A stretch of 64,000 nt of DNA, taken from NCBI RefSeq assembly GCF_018977255.1, contig NW_024704745.1, positions 32,240,001 through 32,304,000 on the forward strand. Direction: 5' to 3'. The notes beneath the pieces were generated by a model, which ran no database searches, had not been told where the DNA came from, and worked only from the letters and a program-made list of their open reading frames with translations. This document shows, in pieces, positions 12,540 through 22,911 of this stretch. Within the stretch, counting starts at the first letter, position 1, and each line of letters starts with the position of its first letter. The translations under genes and the position numbers were made by a program. This stretch comes from Callorhinchus milii. Its lineage: Eukaryota.

Positions 12540-12780
12540 GTGCCCATTCTATATCTGTGTCTGCAGACAGTATGTGTTGGCAGGTAGTTAACCATAGTGA
12601 TGATGCAAGCATGATACTGTCCTCACTCCACAACAGATATTCCAGTTGTGATCACTAGATTGCGCATAGGAGCAAAAACCTCCCCTCTCTAGCCCAGGGA
12701 CTGAGGCTAATTATAGTGCTTCTGCTTCTTCTGTGTCCCCAAGCCTTGGCTCTTGCCAACCTGGGCCTAAGACTTTCCAG
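12540..12780 (-). mobile_element. Ancient SINE-like relic (called family B here; related relics at about 16210-16430, 46140-46370, 54470-54790, 58225-58340)
   Basis: Minus strand reads GAGGACAGTATCATGC...CTGCCAACACATACTGTCTGCAGACACAGATATAGAATGGGCACTTG, resembling 58232-58325 GAGGGCAGGATTGG...CTGCCAACACTGACCATCAAGGTTCACACATTAATAATGTCTAGTTGG. Confidence 0.55.
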
Positions 12781-13024
12781 AATTAGGTAAGCAGGGTATG
12801 TCCCTCCAGGGAGAGATTGTGCATTTCATTCTAACAATCTATCTCTGGAATTTCCATGTGTATGTGGAATGCATGGAAATCTCGGTTTGGATACTTGGAA
12901 ACTTGGTTTGGATACTCTTAAGCACGGTGATGGGTTTTCCACATGTGTCAGACACCCGGCTAACCAAAGGAAAAATAAATCAATAATATTTAACAAGTTT
13001 TTAAAAATAATAATCCTTGTAACA

Positions 13025-13128
13025 TCCCTCCCCGCTGCCCTGCTCGGGTGCTAATTCCTGACTGTTCAGCACCTTGGGAAGTCCTCCCGACATGAAAAGC
13101 GCTTTACAAATGTAATTTTGTATTGTAT
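13025..13128 (+). mobile_element. L2 3' tail
   Basis: CAGCACCTTGGGAAGTCCTCCCGACATGAAAAGCGCTTTACAAATGTAATTTTGTATTGT. Confidence 0.8.
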
Positions 13129-13445
13129 TTGGTATGGCCCTTTCGTGTCAGCAGAATGTCTCAAAGAGCTTCACAGGATTTACTTTAAAGGGTAGCGAGT
13201 GTATATTTTGTAAGTGAATGCAGCAGCTGATTTGCACTCAGCAATGTCACCGAAACAGCAATGAAGTGAATGACCAATTTTATCTGGAGGATTGTTGGCC
13301 CAGAGACCAGGAGAAACTTCCTTCACTTTTTGAATAGTGAGGTGCAATCTTTAATGTTCACCTGAACAGACAGACAGGACCTCGTTTAACGTCACTCAAA
13401 ATGAACTCACTCAGCACAATCTGAGAATTCAACTGGAACTTTCTG
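13120..13445 (-). mobile_element. SacSINE1-like DeuSINE, degraded, tail-to-tail with the L2 tail
   Basis: TGCAGCAGCTGATTTGCACTCAGCAATGTCAC (Deu, reverse) and TCTTTAATGTTCACCTGAACAGACAGACAGGACCTCGTTTAACGTC. Confidence 0.78.
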
Positions 13446-14444
13446 ATTTCTCTGAGGCTTAATTTCACTTTTGAAAATGACTTTACTAACGGATTCCAAT
13501 CAATGTGACTTAGTAAAGGGGAGTGCAAACATTCAAAATTAGTCCATAATTATTGATTGAAATTGCAATGTTTCAGAACAGATTTGATGTGATATCACAT
13601 TGATCAGTAATGAAACACTGCATTTTCCATCCCTATACTTTTCTGAGGCATTACCCCATGTGAAGGGTGTTGTATAAATGCAGTTGCTGTTGTACAAGAG
13701 TTCAAGATGTTTACAATACGCATCTTCAAATTTACCCACCAAAATGAAATTTACTCTCCTATTTCCTAGCAGTTATTCCACAAAATGACATCAGATGAGG
13801 TCATGTAATGAACAGATATAATTCAATGAAAATTTGTGACATCCAATCCTTGACTTCACTACTGGAACATTCCATTACTAGAAAAGAAGCCAACATGAAT
13901 GTGACAATTTAAATTATGTATTTAGCATTTAAATTGTATTTCCAAAACAGCTGTTTGTGAAGGATTATGTTAACCATGAAGGATGTTTGAAAATCCAGGA
14001 GCAAGTTTTTACGCAAGTATAAAGCTCCAAATATCAGTCGCTTACCACATGGAGGCAGGAGTCATTGTTTTCAGACAGCGTAGCAGAGATATGCTTTACA
14101 GCCTGCTTTCTTCTCTCTCTGCAGGTCATGATCGTATTACTTACAAATTAAGATGAACTCTCTGCTGAGAGGCAAAACATTCTGCACCACCTTAAATAAC
14201 TGCATCTCTATTTTATATAATGTTAGTAATGCGCTTGAGCATGCTGACCGCAATGCACAGTTTCTGCTTCTGTTTGCGGCCAAAGCAGCAACTTTTAACA
14301 AGAGTAAAAATACTGGAAAAAAAAATAAATGGTGGCTCACAATGGCAGACACTGTGACCAAATAGTGCCCATGGGGAAAGGGGGCCCTATCTATATTGTA
14401 CCAGAGAACAAAGGTAAACAAGGCTATATGAAGAGCTCATCTAT

Positions 14445-14676
14445 ACCGTACCCAGGTTACTTACAATATAGGACACGATCAGTACTGAGCCACAGAAAAT
14501 AAAACATCTTATCAATTGAAGGGCTGAATCGATTGTCCCAGTTAACTGAGGATAGTAAACTCAAATGTTTTCACTAACACTGTACAAGTGAGTCAAAATA
14601 CTGTAGACTATGTCTATTTATTTAAAATGTTTATACAGGATACATCCCAGTTAAACTCAAAACCTTGTTTACTGTA
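14445..14676. mobile_element. Possible degraded Tigger/pogo-like MITE
   Basis: TCCCAGTTAA occurs twice (14536, 14645) and the right end reads ...TTTACTG|TA. The left end is poorly preserved. Confidence 0.35.
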
Positions 14677-15506
14677 AGATCCTGCTTGAAGGGCAGATAA
14701 CAGAGAGCACAGGAAACAACAGAAAATAAATAGTGTAAATCAAGAAGAAATATATGCTGGAGTTTGTCTTACATGACTTGCCAGTTTAAATGTATTTTAA
14801 TAAATTTCAGCACCACGTCCTCACATAAATTATTTTTAACAACAAAATCCTGCAGTACAGGCTTTGAGAAAGTGCTGAGTTTGGAAAATTGTTAGCTGGT
14901 TGAGGGCTATGTCCAAATAATAACAATGAGTGTTTCAGCATCTGTTCCTCTCTGCTCTTGACTCTGCACACGATGCTGCAGAAGTCAGACACATAATGGA
15001 GGTTTAGGATGCAGACAAGTTCACATGATACACAGACTGTGACACAAGCTCGATCTGACAGGCCACATTTACCAGGAAATAAAGGACACACTGGGTTTAT
15101 GTTGTGGAAAATTAGTCCCACGATGGCTTCCAACCATATCACTGAGCTCCTTTGTCTTGTATGCAAATGGTTAATGAAGCACATCTAGGTCTAAACTGTT
15201 TCTTTTTAGTGTCACAAGTCTAGCAGAACCACTTTTTCTTTTTTTGCTTACTTTACAACTTCTGCTGCTTCTTTTCCACATATATATTCTTTTTGTCTGT
15301 GCAAATGTTTCAGCTTTCTCATTGCAAGGGTCGTTCCCATCAACTAACAATACTTAGATTTGAGAATCGATTGAAGGAAGAATAATTTATTTTATCCTTC
15401 AGAGAACAAAGTATTAGGGCAAAGGGTTGTTCAAAAGCATTTTGGAATTTTGGAAAAAAAACTGCACTCGGGCTGTCATTTAACTATATTTCCATCTGTT
15501 CCATCT

Positions 15507-15733
15507 TAATAATAATAATAATAATAATAATCCCTCCAAAAACCAAAAACAATAATAAATTGGTCATTTTCAATCTACGACTGTTTGTGGGACATTGCTG
15601 TGCGCAATTGGCTGCCGCGTTCGCCCACAAAAAGTCAATTCACTTTACAGTGTGTTCTGTGAAGCGCTTTGGGATGTCCTCCCGACGTGAAAAGCGCTAT
15701 ATCAAATGCAAGGATTATTATTATTATTATTAT
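15507..15733 (+). mobile_element. Young DeuSINE, 5'-truncated at the internal (AAT)n motif
   Basis: Near-identical to 47887-48093; begins with an expanded (AAT)n run followed by CCCTCC and ends in GGAT(TAT)n. Confidence 0.93.
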
Positions 15734-17002
15734 CTTCAAATTATTGGGATCTAAACAACAATGGGGTCAAAGTTGTGATCTATGTGATACTTAGTACACT
15801 AAATGAGCGGAAATAGTCCCTTACATCCATCCGACCAATGCTATTGACAATGGCAAAAGCTGGCTCATGGATTGCAGCCTTTCCTATTAGCCTAAAATCA
15901 AAGGTTTTATTCTATTTCCTGCCCACTAACTAATCTGCCTTTCAAGCAGGAACTTATTTGAAACTAATGGAACACGATGCAGTTTGAGGGAATTGAACTC
16001 TCCTAATTTAGGGAGACACTGGCATTCACAGTAACCAGCAGTCAAAGGCTATGACCCTTGAGCCTAAATTCAGTGTTACCCCAATGGCTTCTCAAACTGC
16101 ATCACTGAGAATGCAGGAAGGGTCCCACCTTTAATCAACAAATTCAACCAACATTCTGTGAACAAAATGACAGCAATCTGATCAAGAATTTCAGCAAAAT
16201 AAGGCTCTTCAGTAGCTTAGGCCAGAAGATGCCAGGTTTGATCCCTTGAGTTACTTGTGTCAGTGCTGAGAGGCGGAAGTATTGGCAGCGACAACCCTGG
16301 CTGAGGGAACCCTGAAAGATATTAGCCAGAGCTCCACCTTAGTGACAAATGTAAGTTCTCCCACACGAACAGTCTTGCTCACATATATGTCTTGCTCACA
16401 TATAAAGAATTTCCACACGGCTAAGGAGAGGTGGGTGTCTTTGAGAGAAAGGTTCCCAGCATTAGTCATTGGTCAGGCAGGAGACAAGAAGGTGGAGGTA
16501 TGAAAGAACACAAGTTAAATGCAAAGAATTATTTGCATAAATGAACAAGCCAAAGTAACATTTAGAGTCAGTCTCACAGCAGCTGGAGTATAGTTTGAAG
16601 AGCTGTCTGCTGAAGAGTTTAACTTTGTTTTGTTTACTTTTCTCTGCTCTTTGGGTACCGTTCAGGTCTTTCTAAAACAATGAGATTCCATTGGGGACAT
16701 CCCAGAAAAACGTATTCTTATACAGACAATGCAGCCTTTACTCCCCAGAGTAATCCCAAATCCCCTCGCCACCTCCTCAAAACAAGTGCACATTATGGTC
16801 AAATGAGTTTATATCTTCCTGAACCAATCCAGTAAATTAGGGATATGGATTTCTTAGTCATAAGATTTCAATCTTTCCAAACAAAACAGGAAGGGAACTA
16901 TTCCAGCACGCACAAGCATGAGAATTTCCTGCTAAACTGCATTTTCTCTCTTTCAGTGAGTTTTTAGTGTTATCACTATCAGTAATCCTATGGGGTGAAC
17001 AT

Positions 17003-17140
17003 TAATAATAATATTACTTCCATTTGATATAGCAATTTATGACATTGCCCAAACATCTCAAAGCGCTTCACAGAATTTACTGCAAAGTGTGTTGAATGTG
17101 TATATTGTAGGCCATCAAGGCAGCAAATTTGTACACAACT
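17003..17140 (-). mobile_element. DeuSINE 3' fragment
   Basis: CATTTGATATAGC...CATCTCAAAGCGCTTCACAGAATTTACTG...GGCAGCAAATTTGTACAC. Confidence 0.75.
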
Positions 17141-18244
17141 GATGGTTTCAGTCATCCATTCACTCTTACCAGCAATTCCCTCGCCTCAATTTATTTTTGC
17201 TAATTTCCATTTCCAATCTCTGGCCCTATATGGCTTACTTTAACATAACATTGTAGTCTGCATGTATCTCATTTATATAATTTATACATCTGAATTCCCC
17301 TTAACCACATGAGGTTATTGATGTTAGGCTCAGTGAGTGGACAGACTTTTGAGTAGTTTGGTGAATGAAAAAGAGTTGTGAGCAGTGGTCTGTGGGCCCC
17401 ACAGCTGAGCTACAATCGGTGCAGTTATCCTCCTCAAGCCTGACCTGAATAAGGCCTGTGACCCACATTTGAGAATAACTGCAGTAAGTGATAATTCAGA
17501 TAAGAAAGAATAAGGAATTTTAATGCAGCTCAGTTTGAAGGGTTGAAAGTCTCTTGTTTGCTGGCTGTAAATCCTGCATGAAATTGCTTCCTGAAGCCAT
17601 GGACTCACAGCACAAAACTGCTGCAAATGTAGCACCAATCTATCAACAATTATCTTCATAGATGTTAGGATCTGACTGAGTACTAAGTGAAAAATGTTAC
17701 AGTTTTCAATACAAGAGGCCATTTGGCCAGTCGTGACTAGGCCACCTTGTTACCTTGTTTAATCAAACCGTAACCCTTACTCTGCTAAAATAAACAGGAA
17801 TGACAAATGTCGAGATCTAAGACAAGAATAAAACTGCAAATGAAACAACTGGAACTGAATTTCAGTCTTAATATGGAAGCTCATTCTTTTCAAGAATTGT
17901 GAAAGAAACGCCTTCTAAGTTAAGAGCAAATCTGACATTTTTTCACAATCCTACAATATTTTAAATTTCAAGAAAAAATAAATGGTCTTACAGGCTCAAA
18001 TTAATGAATTTTGGGGTCTTTGTCTCCTTATAAAATCAACTTGTACATGTTTAGCAGCTTTCACACCGGATAATACCTCAAAACATTACATAGAGTGGGA
18101 GTGGAAGCCCAAACTCGGTGGGGAAATGGGAGAGGAGGAAATGACCCAAGATGCAGTCAAAAACGTATATTTCTAGAAGGATTTTGAAGGCAGAATGGTA
18201 CGAGGAGAGGGATTTTGGAAGAGACTTCTAGAGAGTAGGAACAA

Positions 18245-18665
18245 ATAATAATCCTTGCATTTGGTATAGCGCCTTTCACGTTGAGAGGATCTCCCAAAGC
18301 GCTTCACAGAATTTAATGTGAAGTGGAGTGACTGTATATTTGAAGGTGAATGCGGCAGCTCAATTGTACACAGCAATGTCACACAAACAGCCATAAAACG
18401 AATGACCAGTTTTATTTGGGAGAATGTTGGCCAGGACATCGGGAGAAATTCCATTCTCTTTTCAAATAGCGCCATGGAATCTTTAACATCCACTTGAACA
18501 TTCAGATGGGTCTTGGTTTAATATTTCATCAAAAGGACGGCACCTCCGATAATGCAATACACATTCAGCACTGCATTGGAGTGTCAGCTTAGACTATGTG
18601 ATTCCAAATACTAGCGTAGTGCTTAAACCCACAACATTCTGATTAAGGGGTGAGAGTGCACCAGG
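18245..18665 (-). mobile_element. SacSINE1-like DeuSINE, near full length (a degenerate L2 tail precedes it at about 18050-18240)
   Basis: Reverse tail AATAATCCTTGCATTTGGTATAGCGCCTTTCACG, Deu segment, GCCATGGAATCTTTAACATCCACTTGAAC and a degraded tRNA-like head near 18625-18665. Confidence 0.88.
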
Positions 18666-21068
18666 CTCACAACAAAGTGGCTGAAGACTTACCCATCAAG
18701 GATGGACATGTGTTTATGTCCACCCTTCTGTGGATCATCTTAGGGAAGGTAGCAGTCCATTCACTGTTTGATCAGGATAACCTCGATTCTGCTCATTATC
18801 ATGGATTTGTGTAGAACAGATGGTGTCTTACCTGCAGTGTTAAATTACTACTTGGATATTTGATTGTAACTCTAGAGCAAATAATGACACTATAATGACT
18901 TTGTAATCCGCTTTACTTAAATCACTTAAATGAGGTGTTACCTTATTTAATCAAATCTTAACTCATGCCCCGCTTAAACAAAAAAGTACTACAGGAATGA
19001 CAAATGTCAAAATCAAACACTTTAAGACAGGAATGAAACCTCAAATGAAATTGAACTGCAGCTGAACCTTTTGCAGTCAAGTTGCACCAATACAAATTGT
19101 ATTCAGTTTGCATTATTTCAGGCTGTTATCCTGCAATAATGCATTTTCTTCATCCAACTCCCTACCTTCACATCATTTGGTCGCTTAGAAGTTACTCAGC
19201 TCTTGAATTATAAAATACCACAGTCATATTTTCGAACTGGCTGCAGTGGATTAACCTGCCAGCATTCACTGACTAGGCCACAGGCATGGAATGGCCTTTC
19301 AGTAAGGTATTGGAGGCTATCAGTGATAAAGTACATTAAACTCCTCATAATTCGACCTGGTTTAACTTGTCACCACTGCTTAAGTCATCATGCTGTTACT
19401 ATACCAGCTGCCACTCCAGATAACTCATCATTGAGCCCTTTCCTCCTTAAGAGTTATCAGGAGTTTACTGTATGTTCTTTGTTGTTCTAGACAGAGGTGG
19501 AGAGCTAACCAGTTAGCACCAGTCCTACATCTAATCACTAGCAATTTAGCCAGTTTGTGTGCCTTTTCTCTGCTAGTACAATGTGTGAGGAAGGGAGAAA
19601 ACATCAGTGATGAACATTCCTGGGTGATTTGTAGACACTCACGATTGTCAGTGGGATTAGGGCGAGATCTTTAGACTCAGTTTTGTAAAGCTGTGCATCT
19701 CGTACACACTAAATCTGAAACTGAAATCCAGGGGAAAAAAACAAACTCTCACCCTTAGTTCAGGATTTCAGCTGAGTCCGTGAAAGAGTACAACATTAAA
19801 TAGTCAAATCTTGTTTGTAATAAGTTGATGTAATTGGAAAGAAAGTAATGACAAGAAACGTTACAAGCATCAGAACTGACTGGATCACTGCTGACTTGTC
19901 AGCAACATCTTGGGACTTACTGAAGATTTCCATACTGTGTTGCTGTGTCAGATTTGCATACATGACTTGAATGCCTTCCTTTCCTATTGAATAACTGCTT
20001 GTGGTTTTAGAATTTGATTGTTTTGTGTCACAGAGAATAAACTGAATAGATACTTTGTCCTGGTTAAATTGGCAGGTACTATTTAATTGGAGTACAGCGA
20101 CTAAGACGAGGTTGCTCGTGTTGAGTGGGTGATTGATTCACAGGTCTGCTGTAGCACTGACCTTTTCTTGAGATGTGCAAAGTTTTGCACATTATTATTG
20201 CAACCTTGCTCAAGTTGGATCTTGATAATGACCGAACTAAAACTTTACTACAGGGGAGCCAGGGCTGATAAAGATCTACTGCATCAATCTGAAATCACTA
20301 CAACTCTGACAAGAGATGAAAGGTTGTCAAAAAGGGTGCTGTCAAAATGTTAATGAAACCCTATGGTTGTGAGTATTCTCAGCAATTGCCATAGTGTTGA
20401 TTGCACTTGCAGTGGGAAAAAAATTCTGATCTATCCAGGAGAATCCCATTAATACAAAGTTCTCATTGATCACCACCCTCTTCCGTTCTCGGTGAAACCT
20501 CAGAAACATGAGTAGAACAGCCCACACCTCAATGAGGTGGACTGAAAAGAACTGCTTTGTTGTTGCCAGAGCGTTGATAACAATGAGGTTTGGAAGTACA
20601 AAGGATCAAACAGAGTTAGTTTAGATGCAATTGGATTTGTGCTATGCTTGCAGCCAGTCTGATTAAGTGTAATTTCATCTTTATTCAGTACAGGTACCAC
20701 AGCTGAAAAACCCTGAAGGTGCTTAAAAGAAAATTGCCCCCCAATATCCTAACCTTAAAGATGGTAATATATTCAAAGGAAATTCCAAATCCTAATCCCA
20801 CAGTAATACATTGGCAACATTTCTGAAGTTCCTAGTCTGATATTATCAATACATTGTAGTACTGTAATGTTGCACTGGTATTAATGCCACCTCTAGAGGG
20901 AAGTGTTTATACTAATTCACTCTATTTTCAAACACCCTGTAATGCACTTTTAAGGATGCGCTTCAGTGGGATGGCCTTTTGTCATTTTATATTCTGAATG
21001 GTTTGGCAAAAGCAGACTTTAAATGGAAACTACAAATTAAATTCAAATAAAAAGCAGAATAAATACCT

Positions 21069-21475
21069 AGCTCAGTTGGAAGCACTCTTGCCTCCCAGTC
21101 AGAAGGTTGCAAGTTCAAACCTATCTTCAGAATTTTGAGCTTATACTCTAGGCTAACCCTTTAATATAATAGGGTTGCTGCATTGTTAAAAGTGCCATCT
21201 TTTGGGTGAGATGTTAAACTGAAATCCAATCCATCTATTCAGGTGGATGTTTAAAATCCCATGGCACTATTAAACAAGAGTTTAAACTGGTGCCATGGCC
21301 AAGAATTCCCCAGAAAATTGACTATTAACTTTTGACTATTGACTATTTGACACTGTTGTGCTCAAATTGGGCCGCTGTGTTTGCCTACGAATGCTTAGTA
21401 TAGGAAATCCTGTGAAGAACGTTGAGATGTTATGACGACATGATTAGGTGCTATATCAGATGTAAGGATTTACTT
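21069..21475 (+). mobile_element. SacSINE1-like DeuSINE
   Basis: AGCTCAGTTGGAAGCACTCTTGCCTCCCAGTCAGAAGGTTGCAAGTTCAAAC head, TTCAGGTGGATGTTTAAAATCCCATGGCACTAT body and an L2-like tail. Confidence 0.85.
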
Positions 21476-21959
21476 ATCATTAGCATTCAAGTGAAACAAA
21501 CCCATGCTAATGGGAGTATAAAATTAGATTTAAGAACACAAGCTTTGATTGGCTTTAAGCCAATTAAACCATCAATCTTCTTCCCTCTACAGACTTAGCA
21601 CAACCTTGCTTGTGATGGACTTCCAGTCACTCTCCTGAGAGAATACTCCATGAAAATAAAGAAAACATCCACAATTTATTTATTTTCTCATTTCCAATAA
21701 GCAACTTTGGCCTCCTGCCCCCCAAAACACCACCCCCTCTGTCCCAAACAGCAACAAGCTCTATTGTTTTAAATAAACATTTGATGTTACTTTCCATTCC
21801 CACAGAATCAATTCCCATGTTTGAAGACAATTTTTATGTCATCAGATATGTGTCACTTCCTCATTAATAAATATCCTTTGGGTCCCACTCCTCTCTGAAG
21901 GCATGGACTCGTGGGTTCATGGACTCATGCCTTCAGGGACACAATGGCTTGAGCATTAT

Positions 21960-22150
21960 TAAAAATAATAAAAATAAATCTTGCATTTCACATAGCACCA
22001 TTCATGTCACCAGAACATCTAAAAGCATTTCACAGGATATACTGGTAATCAAAATGACCATTTTATGGATGAATGTGATAGCCAATTTGTGCACAACAAT
22101 GTCCCACAAAGAGCCACAAAGTGAATGACCAATTTTATCTGGGCAGGTGA
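21960..22150 (-). mobile_element. DeuSINE 3' half
   Basis: AATCTTGCATTTCACATAGCACC...AGCCAATTTGTGCACAACAATGTCCCACAAA. Confidence 0.78.
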
Positions 22151-22836
22151 TATCAACAATTAATGTTAATTTACTTTTTTGATATTTAATGATTTTCTTT
22201 GCCTTTTCCAACAACAATTTAGCACTTGTAGGACACAAAATGTATTCACATTTGTAACCTGCAAAAAAGCCCTCGTTTGCAAGTCATTCTCACTCCAAAC
22301 ATGCAGTTTTAGGCTCATCCTACTTTGATCCCATTAAACCCAGTTTCTAAGGCTTTAACATGTTTTAATTATTTTTTTCTCAATTCTTCTATCATTGTAA
22401 AACATTTTTTAAAAAATCAATGAAAATTTATTTGCATCAGATTGTAGGTCTTCGCAAAAAAAGACAAAAATCAATGTTTGATGTTTTTCTAGAAAATCTT
22501 GCCAAGCCTAACTATCAAGTACTCAAGAACAGAATGGATGCAAAAAAGAAAGAAATACACCTTTAGTAAAGAAACCAAAGCATTACTAGTTATTCTTTGC
22601 AATGAAAGTGTTCACGTAAAAAGGATTGACTTTGTTGCATTAAGGTGAAATAAATTGTCAATATTCAATACAGGAAATACTTAAAATGTATTTTCAAGTT
22701 CAGATGAGATTTGTGTTTGTTTGGCATCAAGAAAGAAAGCACTTTTATAAAAACTCAGAGCCAGATAGATTCCCTAAATGTGAAGGTTGACTTAAAGTTC
22801 GCCTATTCAGTAGTGCCCATCACTGTCCCAAAAAAC

Positions 22837-22911
22837 ATGAAATAAATGTAATCATCACAGATGAAATAAATGTAATCATCACAGATGAAATAAATGTAAT
22901 CATCACAGATG
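22837..22911. repeat. Perfect tandem repeat, 24-bp unit x3
   Basis: ATGAAATAAATGTAATCATCACAG at 22837, 22861 and 22885. Confidence 0.97.

Noticed and set aside
20886-20900. CTCF site GCCACCTCTAGAGG
   Set aside because: About three mismatches to the core consensus; not supportable without a PWM score or ChIP data.
22837-22911. CRISPR-like array (also 27612-27755 and 58030-58235)
   Set aside because: The units are directly adjacent with no unique spacers, there are no cas genes, and the context is vertebrate.
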